This document shows positions 1-10,434 of a stretch of DNA of 64,000 nucleotides, in pieces. Where the stretch lies: IMG/VR virus record IMGVR_UViG_3300013126_000011; one strand, given 5' to 3'. The notes beneath the pieces are model-generated. The model did not search any database. It had not been told where the DNA came from and was given only the letters and a program-made list of their open reading frames with translations. The DNA is from a virus. Position 1 is the first letter of the stretch, and every line of letters starts with the position of its first letter. A program made the translations under genes and the position numbers.

Positions 1-2
1 TC

Positions 3-482
3 TTGTCGAAGGTGACAAAACCGAGTTTTACGATTTCCGATGTAGGACACAAATACCTCAATCACACATACTACTTTCCAGGCAAAGTTGAGTGGGACAA
101 AGTAAGCTGCACGCTAGTAGATCCTGCCGATCCTGATGCTGCTGGTATCGTAATGGGTATTATCTCTGCTTCTGGATATCAGCCACCTAAAGATAAGGAT
201 TCGCTGAAGACTGTTGAAAAGCGTGGTGCAACAGGCGCTCTTGGCCAAGTAAAGATCAAGCAGATTGATGGCGATGGCGATGATATTGAAGTTTGGGAAT
301 TGCATGGCGCTTGGATTTCAAGTGCAAAGTTTGGTGAACTATCTTATGAAGAAGATGGTTTAACAAATATTGAAATCGAACTTCGATACGATTATGCATA
401 TGTTACCGTAAATCAAAACGTCACAATTCATGGCGGTTCAATTTCAGTTGTAGATGCCAAGACCTTCCCTCTAGGAAAGTAA
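3..482 (+). CDS. Tail tube protein (T4 gp19-like), 5'-truncated by the window
   Basis: YYFPGKVEW, WELHGAWISSAKFGELSYE and IEIELRYDYA are tube motifs; lies upstream of chaperone and tape measure genes. Confidence 0.85.
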   Translation: MSKVTKPSFTISDVGHKYLNHTYYFPGKVEWDKVSCTLVDPADPDAAGIVMGIISASGYQPPKDKDSLKTVEKRGATGALGQVKIKQIDGDGDDIEVWELHGAWISSAKFGELSYEEDGLTNIEIELRYDYAYVTVNQNVTIHGGSISVVDAKTFPLGK

Positions 483-510
483 TCATATAATTCTCATTTC
501 GAGGTAAATA

Positions 511-1428
511 ATGTCACGAAATTCTGATCGTCTTTTGTCTGGTGTTCCCGTTCAGACAGCAGGGGCAAATGTATCTGGCGCTGAAGTCACTCAACATGTT
601 GAATATATTCGACAAACAATTGCTGTAGACTTGCCATCAGAGGGCAAGTTTTATCCAGAGGGTCATCCTCTTCATATGCGAGAATATGTCGAGCTAAAGG
701 AAATGACAGCCAAGGAAGAAGACATTCTTATGTCTCGTTCTCTTATTCAAAAGGGACTAGTGCTTGATAAGCTTCTAGATAGTCTTTTGATTACCAGAGT
801 GGAGCCAAATACGTTGCTTTCTGGTGATAAGAACGCTCTTTTGATTGCCACTCGTATTGCCGCTTATGGAGCAGACTATAAAGTACAAGACGTAACTTGT
901 CAGTATTGTTTGCAGGCAGTCAAAGAGCATACATTCGATCTCGGTAAGCTTAAGAAAACAACACTAACCGATGTTCTTAACTCTCTAAAGCCATTTGAAC
1001 CAACAGAAGAGAATCCAGAGCCAGGAATCAATCCTCTGACAGATAGCGTAAAGTTTGAAGATAATCTGTTCTATATTACTGTTCCAAAGACAAAGCATGT
1101 ATTTGGTTGCAAGCTTCTTGACGGAAACGACGAAGAACGAATTACAAGAACATTAGAAGCTCGCAAGAAGAACAATCTAGGTGAAACCAACCTGATTGAG
1201 AACATGCGCGCATTTGTTGTGTCGCTTGACGGAGAAACAGATAGAGCCAAAATCAATGCTTTCTTGGTTAGTGAATATTTCCCATCCTCAGATTCTCTTT
1301 TCCTTCGCAGTACATATGGCAAATTGATTCCTAACGTGGATCTACGTCAGAATTATGTTTGTTCAAACTGTGGATTCGAGAAGGAGGTAGCGGTCCCAAT
1401 GACTGCGGGCTTTTTTTGGCCTAACTAA
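511..1428 (+). CDS. Baseplate hub/tail assembly chaperone (T4 gp26-like)
   Basis: VDLPSEGKFYP, MTAKEEDIL, GDKNALLIATRIAAYG, two CxxC pairs, C-terminal FFWP. Confidence 0.75.
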   Translation: MSRNSDRLLSGVPVQTAGANVSGAEVTQHVEYIRQTIAVDLPSEGKFYPEGHPLHMREYVELKEMTAKEEDILMSRSLIQKGLVLDKLLDSLLITRVEPNTLLSGDKNALLIATRIAAYGADYKVQDVTCQYCLQAVKEHTFDLGKLKKTTLTDVLNSLKPFEPTEENPEPGINPLTDSVKFEDNLFYITVPKTKHVFGCKLLDGNDEERITRTLEARKKNNLGETNLIENMRAFVVSLDGETDRAKINAFLVSEYFPSSDSLFLRSTYGKLIPNVDLRQNYVCSNCGFEKEVAVPMTAGFFWPN

Positions 1429-1615
1429 CGAATATCAAAAGTCAGTTTACGAGCAATTCTTTCAAATGAAATATCATGGGAATTGGTCGATCTTTGAATT
1501 ATACAATCTTCCAATTGGTCTTAGAGGCTGGTTTGTTGAACGTCTAAAACAACAATTAGATGCCGAGAACAAAGCAACGGAAGACGCTCAGAAGAAAAAG
1601 TCTAAGAAACATTAA
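1412..1615 (+). CDS. Second-frame extension of the tail chaperone (gp51-like / GT-like); not in ORF track; internal ATG at 1466
   Basis: +1 frame is open from the T7 run at 1411-1417 (FFGLTNEYQKSVYEQFFQMKYHGNWSIFELYNLPIGLRGWFVERL...) to TAA at 1613-1615. Confidence 0.65.
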   Translation, partial: FFGLTNEYQKSVYEQFFQMKYHGNWSIFELYNLPIGLRGWFVERLKQQLDAENKATEDAQKKKSKKH

Positions 1616-1620
1616 GCGCT

Positions 1621-1629
1621 CTATTTATA
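1621..1629 (+). promoter_or_regulatory. Putative late promoter motif CTATTTATA
   Basis: Same or similar motif recurs upstream of virion-type and endonuclease genes (16090, 22252, 24812, 38230, 46219, 48610; minus strand at 57241-57250). Confidence 0.55.
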
Positions 1630-1657
1630 GGAGAAACCCATAACTGGAGCATTCATA

Positions 1658-2005
1658 ATGTCCAATCAGATTACATTAAATCTAAATGAAGTTGCAAAAT
1701 CAAGGGTCTTAAGCGAAAGTTGGCTTAAGATGTTCGGAAGTGCTATCAAAGGTATTCTCAAAATGATGATGGGCGATAAACCTCTGTCAGAATCAGAAGA
1801 CAACGCAGAGCTTCCAGTTAAAATCAAAGGTACTCCAGCACAAGTTGAAGCATTTGCCAAGGCTATTGGAAGCGAAAAGAAGTATCTTGAGGCTTGGACA
1901 AGTTTTGGAATGAAAGATCCCAAAACAGCTTTTCAGAGAGCCAGTTTAGATAAGGCAATTGCAGAATTCGAAAGAGCCACAAAGATTAAGTGGCCATTTA
2001 AGTAA
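1658..2005 (+). CDS. Hypothetical virion-associated protein with LxE motifs
   Basis: RBS GGAG, late-type motif upstream, VLSES and PLSES resemble prohead protease sites. Confidence 0.5.
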   Translation: MSNQITLNLNEVAKSRVLSESWLKMFGSAIKGILKMMMGDKPLSESEDNAELPVKIKGTPAQVEAFAKAIGSEKKYLEAWTSFGMKDPKTAFQRASLDKAIAEFERATKIKWPFK

Positions 2006-2035
2006 TAAGATAGAAACAATAACGAGGATTTATAG

Positions 2036-4789
2036 TTGTCATTCGATATCACACGGATTGATCCTGAATCATCAAAATACATACAACAGCTTTTGGCTGG
2101 TTTGGAAAATGTAAATCAGAATATTACTATCATCAATACCAAGCTAGCTGAACAAAAAGCAATTCAATTGAGAGTTGCTGAAGTTGCTGGACAATATAAT
2201 GACAAACTTAAGTCTCGTATGGAGTTTGAAATAGAAGTAGAGAAAAAGTGGAGAGAAGTACTTGAAGCTAAGTATGCAGCCAATGAAGATGAGGCTACAG
2301 CAGAGCAAGAAAAACATAATCGAATTATGGCGGATTTAACTACGCAATTAGCCGCCGAAGAAGATGTTTACAGAAAAGCTGGTAAAAGTGCGACAGAGTT
2401 TGCAGCATTAAGACAAAAATATGCAGACAAGGAAGATGAAGAGCGAAAAAGGTTCGCTAAGGCTGATGAAGAGCGCGCGGATGCAGCCGCAGTAGAATTA
2501 AAAGACGCGGAAGCAATGTATAAGCAAGCCAAACAACTAACAAAGCAACGTGAAATCCAAAATACTTTACAAAATAAACTGGCCAAGACACTTGGAATGT
2601 CATATCGTTTTGAAGAATCAATGCTTGGAAAGGCGATTTTGTTAAGCAAAAATGCTGGCGGAATTGCAGGCTCTTTTAAGGCTGCTGGCGGCTTTTTAAA
2701 GGAAGCCGTGTTTTCACTTGGAGGTATCGGGAATATTGGCTCATCCATACTTTCCAAGGTTGCAGAATCGACAGCTTTGGTCGCAAAGGAAGTAAACTCT
2801 GCAACAACTTCATTTAACAAGCTTACTGGTGCTGGTGGTTCATATGATGAAATGATCATCAGCGTTCAAGCCAACAATCGAGAATTTAACGTTGATGCTG
2901 GAAAAACTGGCGAAGCAATGCAGGCATTATATGGCTCATTTGCTCAATTTACGACATTGGGCAAGCCAATGCAAGAACAGTTGGTGACGACTGCTGCAAG
3001 ATTAAGTTCTTTGGGAATTTCTTCAGAATCTAGTGCAAAACTAGTCAGTGGACTTGTTCAATCGCTAAAATTGACTGGTACTGAAGCAGATAGTATCGCA
3101 AAAGGATTATACGCTTCAGCATCAGAAATTGGTATCGTACCTTTTCAGATGATTGATGGTTTCAATTCTGCATTGCCGACTCTTGCTGCTTATGGAAAAC
3201 AATCAATCAAGATTTATAAAGATCTTGCTGCTGCTGCAAAAGCAACTAGTATTGCAACAGATCGATTAATTTCGCTTATGTCTCAGTTTGATACATTTGA
3301 AGGTGCTGCTCAAGCCGCTGGCAATCTAAATGCATTGTTGGGCGGCGATTTGTTTAACTCAATGGAATTGATGAATGCTAGCGAAGAAGAACGTATACGA
3401 ATTATCAAAAAAGGACTTGATTTAGGCAATATTCAGTTTGGACAGCTTGGCAAGTATCAACAGAAAGCAATTGCTGCTGCTGTTGGCATTACAGATATGG
3501 CGGAAGCCAACAATCTGTTCGGAATGAGTTTGACAGCCTATGATGATTTTGCAAAGAAATCAGAAAAAGCAGCAATGACGGAAGAACGATTCAAAGAAGT
3601 GACACAAGCCGCTACATCGATTGTTGAAAAATTAGCAAATATGGTTAGAGGGTTTGCGGTAGCAGTTGGACCGCTATTGACCGTACTTAATAAGGTTCTT
3701 GATGTAATCGTTGGTATTACCAGCAGCAAGTCTTTCGGTACTTTTGCTACAATTGCTGGTGGTGTCATGACGTTGGTTGGTGCTTTTAAGTTGCTTGGCG
3801 TTAGCATCATGAACTTGAAACTTGTTGGTCCTGTTTTGGAGGGATTGCAGAAAGGTTTTGGCAAAGTTGCCTCTATGATTGGTGATGCAGCAACCAAAGC
3901 AACGGCAAAGCTGAAACAATGGACGACTAGAACGCCAATTCCAACAGGAGCACCGTCAGCTTCTCCAATACCGGGTGGAGCGGGACCAACATTGCCCGGA
4001 GATAAGGCAAAAGGTGGCGCATGTGGTTGGGTAAAGTGTATGAAAGGCTTTTTCAAGGCTGTCAATCCTGCCAAAGTACTCGCCCTTGGAGCAGGTTTTT
4101 CGCTTCTTGGTGCAGGTTTTTTGCTTCTTGGTGGCGGAATTGGGCTTGCAGCTTGGGGAATGTCCGAGTTGATGAAGTCGATTAATGGATGGGAACAAGT
4201 CATTGGTATGTTAGCTTTCTTTTATGGTCTAATTGCTGTTGTTTTGGCTTTGGGCTATGCCGGTATTGCTGCCACGCCAGGATTGTTTGCTGTAGGTCTA
4301 GTAGTTGGAGCAATTGCGTTGGCAGTCGCAGTAGCTACTAATAGCATCAGCAATATGACCTTGAATATTACAAATTTGGTAAGCGCTCTATCTCAAATTA
4401 AAGATGTTGACTTTACTGTCAGTTTCAAGAGCATTAAACAGGCAATTGTCGAAACCTCAGAAGCGATTTCAAAGAATGAAAATGTAAAGAGCTTCCAAGA
4501 AATGCTAACTGTTGCTAATTCTGTGACAGACGAATCAGTCAAGCGTACTCAAGCGCTTGTTAATACTGCCAAGCAGTATGTCGAAGTACAGGCGACAATG
4601 AAATCTCCAGATACCGATGCATTTGTTACAGTATTGAAAAGCGCATTAGGTATTGATGGAACAGCAAACAACAAAGAGAAGCAAACAGCCAATAACGAGA
4701 TTGTTCTAGAGTTGGATGGTTATCGTTTTGGAAAAGTGGTCGCAAAAGCATTGAATAATCGAATGACCGTCACTCCGGAGATGGCATAA
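2036..4789 (+). CDS. Tape measure protein
   Basis: 917 aa, Ala/Gly-rich, coiled-coil N-terminus, hydrophobic C-terminal segments, canonical position after tube and chaperone. Confidence 0.85.
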   Translation: MSFDITRIDPESSKYIQQLLAGLENVNQNITIINTKLAEQKAIQLRVAEVAGQYNDKLKSRMEFEIEVEKKWREVLEAKYAANEDEATAEQEKHNRIMADLTTQLAAEEDVYRKAGKSATEFAALRQKYADKEDEERKRFAKADEERADAAAVELKDAEAMYKQAKQLTKQREIQNTLQNKLAKTLGMSYRFEESMLGKAILLSKNAGGIAGSFKAAGGFLKEAVFSLGGIGNIGSSILSKVAESTALVAKEVNSATTSFNKLTGAGGSYDEMIISVQANNREFNVDAGKTGEAMQALYGSFAQFTTLGKPMQEQLVTTAARLSSLGISSESSAKLVSGLVQSLKLTGTEADSIAKGLYASASEIGIVPFQMIDGFNSALPTLAAYGKQSIKIYKDLAAAAKATSIATDRLISLMSQFDTFEGAAQAAGNLNALLGGDLFNSMELMNASEEERIRIIKKGLDLGNIQFGQLGKYQQKAIAAAVGITDMAEANNLFGMSLTAYDDFAKKSEKAAMTEERFKEVTQAATSIVEKLANMVRGFAVAVGPLLTVLNKVLDVIVGITSSKSFGTFATIAGGVMTLVGAFKLLGVSIMNLKLVGPVLEGLQKGFGKVASMIGDAATKATAKLKQWTTRTPIPTGAPSASPIPGGAGPTLPGDKAKGGACGWVKCMKGFFKAVNPAKVLALGAGFSLLGAGFLLLGGGIGLAAWGMSELMKSINGWEQVIGMLAFFYGLIAVVLALGYAGIAATPGLFAVGLVVGAIALAVAVATNSISNMTLNITNLVSALSQIKDVDFTVSFKSIKQAIVETSEAISKNENVKSFQEMLTVANSVTDESVKRTQALVNTAKQYVEVQATMKSPDTDAFVTVLKSALGIDGTANNKEKQTANNEIVLELDGYRFGKVVAKALNNRMTVTPEMA

Positions 4790-4791
4790 AT

Positions 4792-5493
4792 ATGGCAAAA
4801 TCGACTCTATATTCAATTTATGAAAGCATGGGGATGACGCTCAAGTTTGAGCATCTTCCTTCAAATACAAAAGTCGAGTTTGTTGCAGCTTTGGAAGAGT
4901 TTTCTGACAATTACGATTCTTCTTGGCAGTCCGAAGAAGTGCTGGGTCGAATGGACCCTTTAGAGACATTCCAGGGAACAAAACGAACGATATCTTTTAC
5001 TTGGGTAGTTGCCTCAGAAAGTCAAGAAGAAGCCAAAGACAATATTGCGAAAGCAGAACAGCTTTTGAGGATGCTTTATCCATCATATGAAGATGGACCC
5101 ATTGGAAATGCAACCAGAATGGATGCAAGTCCTTTGTTCAGGATCAAATTTGCTAATCTTATTGCAGATCCAAGTGGTTCTGGTCTTGTCGGTCGAGTGA
5201 ACGGCTTTAAATATAGTCCAGATCTTGATTCTGGTTTCTTTGGTGATTCAGATCATAATGCATATGCTCAGACAATCAAATTGTCTTGTGAGTTTACGGT
5301 ATTTCATACGCATCCTCTTGGTTGGAAAACACAGACATTTAGACAGAAAAATTATCCATATAGTGTAAGTACTCTTGAAGATGTTACGACAGAAACCGAA
5401 AGGGCAACAAATCAATCAGATCTGAATGATTTGGATGCTATGGCTGCTCTTGATAATCAGGCAAGAACTTCTCAAATGACTGGTGGAACATAA
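4792..5493 (+). CDS. Baseplate/tube initiator protein
   Basis: VLGRMDPLETFQGTKRTISF and LYPSY motifs; follows tape measure. Confidence 0.6.
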   Translation: MAKSTLYSIYESMGMTLKFEHLPSNTKVEFVAALEEFSDNYDSSWQSEEVLGRMDPLETFQGTKRTISFTWVVASESQEEAKDNIAKAEQLLRMLYPSYEDGPIGNATRMDASPLFRIKFANLIADPSGSGLVGRVNGFKYSPDLDSGFFGDSDHNAYAQTIKLSCEFTVFHTHPLGWKTQTFRQKNYPYSVSTLEDVTTETERATNQSDLNDLDAMAALDNQARTSQMTGGT

Positions 5494-5831
5494 TGAATCG
5501 CTATGCAAACAGACAAGTGCTTCGAAACGATCATGAACAATACCGAGAAGTGTTGAAGAATCGTTCCGTAAAATATATTGATCAATATAATACTCCAAAA
5601 TTTAAAGTTCCAACTGTTGATGAAATAAAAATGATTACAACTATTGGACACATTTGGAAGGCAGGCGATAGATTGTACAAGTTAGCCTATCAGTACTATA
5701 ATGGACGTTCAGAACTTTGGTGGGTAATTGCTTGGTGGAATCAAAAGCCAACAGAAGCTCATATTAGCGTTGGAGACACGTTGATGATTCCTTTGCCAAT
5801 TGATCGAGTTTTGCATGCCTACGGAGTCTAA
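5493..5831 (+). CDS. LysM/tail-X-like baseplate wedge protein (gp53-like)
   Basis: HIWKAGDRLYKLAYQYY...LWWVIAWWN...GDTLMIP. Confidence 0.75.
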   Translation: MNRYANRQVLRNDHEQYREVLKNRSVKYIDQYNTPKFKVPTVDEIKMITTIGHIWKAGDRLYKLAYQYYNGRSELWWVIAWWNQKPTEAHISVGDTLMIPLPIDRVLHAYGV

Positions 5832-5834
5832 CAA

Positions 5835-8183
5835 TTGTCTGATACCAAGAATACATTAGCCAGTAAAAAGAGATTTCAAGCTCAGTGTTTTTTGACTGAC
5901 TATTGGCAAGTTTTTTCCGCTGCGAATTCAAGCAGAGCTTACAAAAATTTCATCATTGTTGATGGCGATGGTACATTCTTGATGAATCGCTTGACTGGCA
6001 GCAGAAATTTGGCTTTGTTGTCGAATCTTACGCCATATCAAGTTGCTGCCTTAGTTCCAAAGATTCGGTTATACAAAGTATATCCCAAGTTGGGAAACGA
6101 TTATGTCAGCATCGAAAAGACAGAAGAGTTTATTTTTCCAGAAAATCTAGCAATAGACGATATCAATCGAATTACTGAATCTCATTCTGGTAAAAATACT
6201 GGTTATGGCATTAAGTCCTTCAATTTTGAGTTTGCCGGAAAGAACGAAGCTGAAACGTTTTCCAACATCAAGGCAGAGTTGTCAATTCGTTTGCAAACAA
6301 TGGAAGAACTATTGGGCGGCTTAGAAGTAGCTGATGAAAGAGCAAAGCTTATCGATTTGATTTTGCCAGCACAAAAATATAAACTCAACCAATATGTGTT
6401 TAGTCCAGAATATTTTCGAATTAAAGCCGTTGTTGGTTGGGCTACTCTGAAAGCCGGAGAATTGTTCACTAGTGAAGAAGTAAATGCTATTGCAGATTGT
6501 ACCTTAACGCTTGATCTAAGCTTGATCGATCATGATTTCAGTTTCAATCAAGATGGTTCAATTGATATGAAGGTAACATATCAGGCTTGGATCGAAGCTT
6601 TAACCGGCGCCGCAAATCCAGACAGCAATGTTTTGGCTAGCTCTGAAAAAGAAGCGATAATTGAAAATGATTTGCAAAACAAAGAAAATCAAACAAAAAA
6701 GATAGACGATATTGATGAGTGTTTGAAAAAAGATAAATATGCAGGAAACTCTCATTTAAACTCTGCCAAAGAACAAGCAGAAAAAGATTTAGAAGATATC
6801 AAAAAGAAAGATATTGATCGACTTCAAAAGGTCAATCTTTATGGTAACTTCTTGAGTAAACTAACAAAAAATAGTTTGATTCGATGGGTTTCGATTCCAT
6901 CGGAAGATATTGGCGCTTGGACAGATTCTTGGTTCGAAGAAGGACAGACAAGACAGAAAACGCAACCAACAAGGGATTCAACAAGATGGCAATCACAGTT
7001 GACTTCTTTGAGCAATCTTAATCGTAGGTCCGACATTGAAAAAAAGTTTGAGGATCTGACCGAAGCAAAAAGTGATTCTAAAGAGATGATCGAAAATGCC
7101 GAAGAAGTTACAAATGATCAGTTTGTGGCTGAATTGGATGGTAATAATGTCATTATCAACTATGTCTACTTTGGAGACATTCTCAACCTTGCTTTAGACC
7201 GACTAGTAAAAGCCGATCCAAAATTCAAGGTCATTTGTGGACCAATTGTTTTCAGAGAACCTAGAACGCCAGCAAATAGCCAGGATATGAAGATTGTAAA
7301 CCTTGCAGACGTTCCAATTTCTCTGGATTTATTCATTGCATGGTTCACCAACAACGTGATTAAACCTCAGAAGTACAGTTATCCTCTCGATCAGTTTCTA
7401 AAAGATGTTCTTACAGAAGTAGTCGAACCAGCTTTGACTTCTACTTGTTTTGCTGAGACTGCCACGATTAACATGACGGTTGCAATGGAAACGTTCAACT
7501 TGGCTGCTGAAAGCACTCAAGGAATTTTTAAAGGATATCGCTATCCTGTTACAGAATTAGTACCTTTCGTTAATAGTGCTCTTGGAATTCATGATGATAA
7601 ATATTTGGTGTTGTATTCGAGAAAATTTCTTGAAAACAGGAAAGCTGAAGAATTCAAAGATGTTTCTGATAAAATAGCATATTTCAAGCTTGGCACAGAT
7701 CGCGGTTTAGTCAAGAAGATCGAATTTAATAAAGAAGATATGCAATACAACAGAGAATCAAGAATCTCTCAGGCATATCAAAGTGGTGTCGGACAATTGG
7801 CTCGTTTAAGAGGAAAATATAATGCCACAATTACGTTGCATGGTAATGCGTTGTTTTATCCCGGTCAGCTTGTATTTGTAGATCCTGTTATGATGGGAAT
7901 GGGAAGCGTAGCAGCCAGGGGAAAAGTAGCAAGCTTGATTGGCTTGGGTGGATACTATCGAGTTATCAAGGTTGAATCGTCTATCGAACGAGGAAAATTT
8001 GAAACAGTGCTACAAACCAAATGGGAAGCAATGGGCGATGGATCTGGATTGGCTCCAGAAACGGTTGCCTTGGCAGATAAGTGTCAAAAGATTGTCAATC
8101 AATCAATTCAGTCGCAACAAGAAAGAAAGAATATCGTTAGGCTCACCGATCAACAAATGGGTGAAGCCGCAACTCCATTCTAG
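5835..8183 (+). CDS. Baseplate hub protein (gp27/late control D-like)
   Basis: C-terminal ATITLHGNALFYPGQLVFV...GYYRVIKVESSI...FETVL; position in baseplate cluster. Confidence 0.6.
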   Translation: MSDTKNTLASKKRFQAQCFLTDYWQVFSAANSSRAYKNFIIVDGDGTFLMNRLTGSRNLALLSNLTPYQVAALVPKIRLYKVYPKLGNDYVSIEKTEEFIFPENLAIDDINRITESHSGKNTGYGIKSFNFEFAGKNEAETFSNIKAELSIRLQTMEELLGGLEVADERAKLIDLILPAQKYKLNQYVFSPEYFRIKAVVGWATLKAGELFTSEEVNAIADCTLTLDLSLIDHDFSFNQDGSIDMKVTYQAWIEALTGAANPDSNVLASSEKEAIIENDLQNKENQTKKIDDIDECLKKDKYAGNSHLNSAKEQAEKDLEDIKKKDIDRLQKVNLYGNFLSKLTKNSLIRWVSIPSEDIGAWTDSWFEEGQTRQKTQPTRDSTRWQSQLTSLSNLNRRSDIEKKFEDLTEAKSDSKEMIENAEEVTNDQFVAELDGNNVIINYVYFGDILNLALDRLVKADPKFKVICGPIVFREPRTPANSQDMKIVNLADVPISLDLFIAWFTNNVIKPQKYSYPLDQFLKDVLTEVVEPALTSTCFAETATINMTVAMETFNLAAESTQGIFKGYRYPVTELVPFVNSALGIHDDKYLVLYSRKFLENRKAEEFKDVSDKIAYFKLGTDRGLVKKIEFNKEDMQYNRESRISQAYQSGVGQLARLRGKYNATITLHGNALFYPGQLVFVDPVMMGMGSVAARGKVASLIGLGGYYRVIKVESSIERGKFETVLQTKWEAMGDGSGLAPETVALADKCQKIVNQSIQSQQERKNIVRLTDQQMGEAATPF

Positions 8184-8193
8184 GAACCATTGA

Positions 8194-9243
8194 ATGCTTG
8201 TAAATAACCAAAATTCAGCTAAGGCATTGTTTGATGGCAGAATACAGTACAAGAATTGTATATATCCGTCTACTTTGGCAAAACCAATTGATTTTTGGTA
8301 TCTGAATCCGAATTATGGGTTTATTGACGTATATGGACACGTAATTTACCCAAACGAAGCACATTTCCGTCAAGTTTTCAGCAATAACGGACGAATTCAA
8401 CTAGCAATCGATTTTGTTGCAGAAGCTTTCAATGATTTCGCTGATTTCTACAATCAAGTTATTCAAACTGCAATTGGAACAGAGCGAGATATCAATAAAT
8501 CAAAGTTAGTAACTGTTCAGGCTCTAGCTGCTTGGACAAGTCCACACAAAGATTACAATTCGCATTGTACTGGCGTGTTTGCTGGAATTCAGAAGAAATA
8601 TACCAAACTGAACAAACCAGTCAGCTTTAGAGTGTTCTTAGAAGACTTTAAAGTGCTTGCTTCTCAGACTGCTCATACGATTCCGTATACTTTCATGGGT
8701 TATTTGTCTTCGCCTTATGTAGATCCAAAGAATACTGGGCTAATCATTGAAGTTTACAAAGATGCTCATGACGATGATCGAATAAAGCAGAATTTCTTGT
8801 CAGATCCAAATTTTGAGATGTTTGCGGATATTGCCGTTAAGCATGGTTTTGTAATCGACAAGAACGCACCGTGGAGACTCGTTGCAGATCTTAACTCTCC
8901 AGCCATGAAGCCATATCTTCAACAATACGGCATGAATTCTGCAAAAGACGTGTTCGTCCTTGATGGAGAAGGCAGATTCCTAGCCGTCGATCAAGTCAAT
9001 ATGGATACTTTCAGAAGATATCTTGTCGGATATTACAATTCAATTATGGCTGAAGATTCAAAGCCAGAACAAATCGATCTGAACGAGACAGAATGGATGG
9101 AACTGTATGTATTTGTTCGGCAATTGGAAAAGAATTTTAAGCCGCTTGACAACCCCTCCAAAGTGATCTATGATGCTGTTGTGCTGAAGGAAAAGTTTGG
9201 CGAGCAGTATGCGTCGGTGTTTCTAGAAAACTGCTTGAAATAG
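8194..9243 (+). CDS. Hypothetical protein
   Basis: 349-aa ORF in the operon; GFVIDKNAPWRLVADL segment; function not recognised. Confidence 0.5.
   Translation: MLVNNQNSAKALFDGRIQYKNCIYPSTLAKPIDFWYLNPNYGFIDVYGHVIYPNEAHFRQVFSNNGRIQLAIDFVAEAFNDFADFYNQVIQTAIGTERDINKSKLVTVQALAAWTSPHKDYNSHCTGVFAGIQKKYTKLNKPVSFRVFLEDFKVLASQTAHTIPYTFMGYLSSPYVDPKNTGLIIEVYKDAHDDDRIKQNFLSDPNFEMFADIAVKHGFVIDKNAPWRLVADLNSPAMKPYLQQYGMNSAKDVFVLDGEGRFLAVDQVNMDTFRRYLVGYYNSIMAEDSKPEQIDLNETEWMELYVFVRQLEKNFKPLDNPSKVIYDAVVLKEKFGEQYASVFLENCLK
9146..9174 (+). promoter_or_regulatory. Sigma70-type early promoter
   Basis: TTGACA-N17-TATGAT upstream of the PolA-like gene. Confidence 0.55.
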
Positions 9244-10434
9244 GTGGATTTGTTTTACTTTCAGGTTCTCGATTACAAAAAGCAATGCGCAGGGTTTTAT
9301 CTAGCCGATGGAACAATCAACAAATCATTGCCAGAAGGCATTTGTAGAACATGGAAGCCTTATTCTGTACTAAATTCAAGGCAAGATATCGAATATGCCT
9401 GGATTTTGGTTTCCGGAGCAGATCTCGATGAACATGTACCAGAGAATTTGCAAAAAGACTGGACAAGCGTAACAGATCTGTTGCGTTTGCATCTGAATAC
9501 TCTTAAAGTTGCCAGAGTGCCACTAAATGACGTTTGTTTGTATGAAGTACTGCCAACAGACATTTATTTGCGTTACTTTGACGTGTTGAATGCAATCACA
9601 GAAAGCATTTTTGATTCGAATTGTAAACCTCAAAATCATGACTTTCTCGTCAGAATCCAAGTGCTTTTGAGCGAGATTGAAGAACGAAAAGTCAAGTTAT
9701 CAACAAAGGGAGTCGATTTTACTTCAAAAGAGATTTCTCTCAAGAAAATTCAAGACATTTGTGCAAAAACCAATATCGTCAAGTACAATTTGTTTGGTAC
9801 GCGAACCGGTAGACTCACAAATACTGACGTTGGGTTGCCTGTGCTTACGATGGCAAAGCGATATCGAGGGTTGTTGCATCCAACGAACAATTGGTATGTC
9901 GAATTTGATCAAAATGGAGCAGATCTAAGAGCTTTGGTTGGATTGCTTAAGCAAGAACAACCAGAAGAAGATATTCACGCTTGGAACGCAAGCAAGATTG
10001 GTTGTTCCAGGGATGAAGCAAAGCAAAAGACGTTTTCTTGGTTGTATGATGGCAATAAGCGAGACATTAAGCTTGAAAAGCTCTATGACAAAGAAGTAAT
10101 TCTTGATCGAGTCTATCAATTTGATCGTATTATCACGCCGTTCAATCGAGAAGTATTGGCTGACTATGAACATGCTTTGAATTATGCTGCACAATCTACA
10201 GCAGCAGACGTATTCTATGATCGAACATTAGCTGTCAGAGAATATTTGAAGAGCATCAAAGCTAAGTCAGAGATTGCATTCTTAATGCATGATGCAATGG
10301 TTCTTGATTATGCGGATTCTGATGGAACGGAAGTCTTGACAAAATGTAAAGAGATTTTTGCCGATACTTTGTTTGGTGAATATCTGGTAAATGTCAGCGT
10401 TGGAAAAAACTACGGAGAAATGAGGAAACTGTAA
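9244..10434 (+). CDS. Short family A DNA polymerase (polymerase domain only)
   Basis: GTRTGRLT, motif A VEFDQNGADLR, motif B RDEAKQKTFSWLY, motif C MHDAMVLD. Confidence 0.75.
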   Translation: MDLFYFQVLDYKKQCAGFYLADGTINKSLPEGICRTWKPYSVLNSRQDIEYAWILVSGADLDEHVPENLQKDWTSVTDLLRLHLNTLKVARVPLNDVCLYEVLPTDIYLRYFDVLNAITESIFDSNCKPQNHDFLVRIQVLLSEIEERKVKLSTKGVDFTSKEISLKKIQDICAKTNIVKYNLFGTRTGRLTNTDVGLPVLTMAKRYRGLLHPTNNWYVEFDQNGADLRALVGLLKQEQPEEDIHAWNASKIGCSRDEAKQKTFSWLYDGNKRDIKLEKLYDKEVILDRVYQFDRIITPFNREVLADYEHALNYAAQSTAADVFYDRTLAVREYLKSIKAKSEIAFLMHDAMVLDYADSDGTEVLTKCKEIFADTLFGEYLVNVSVGKNYGEMRKL

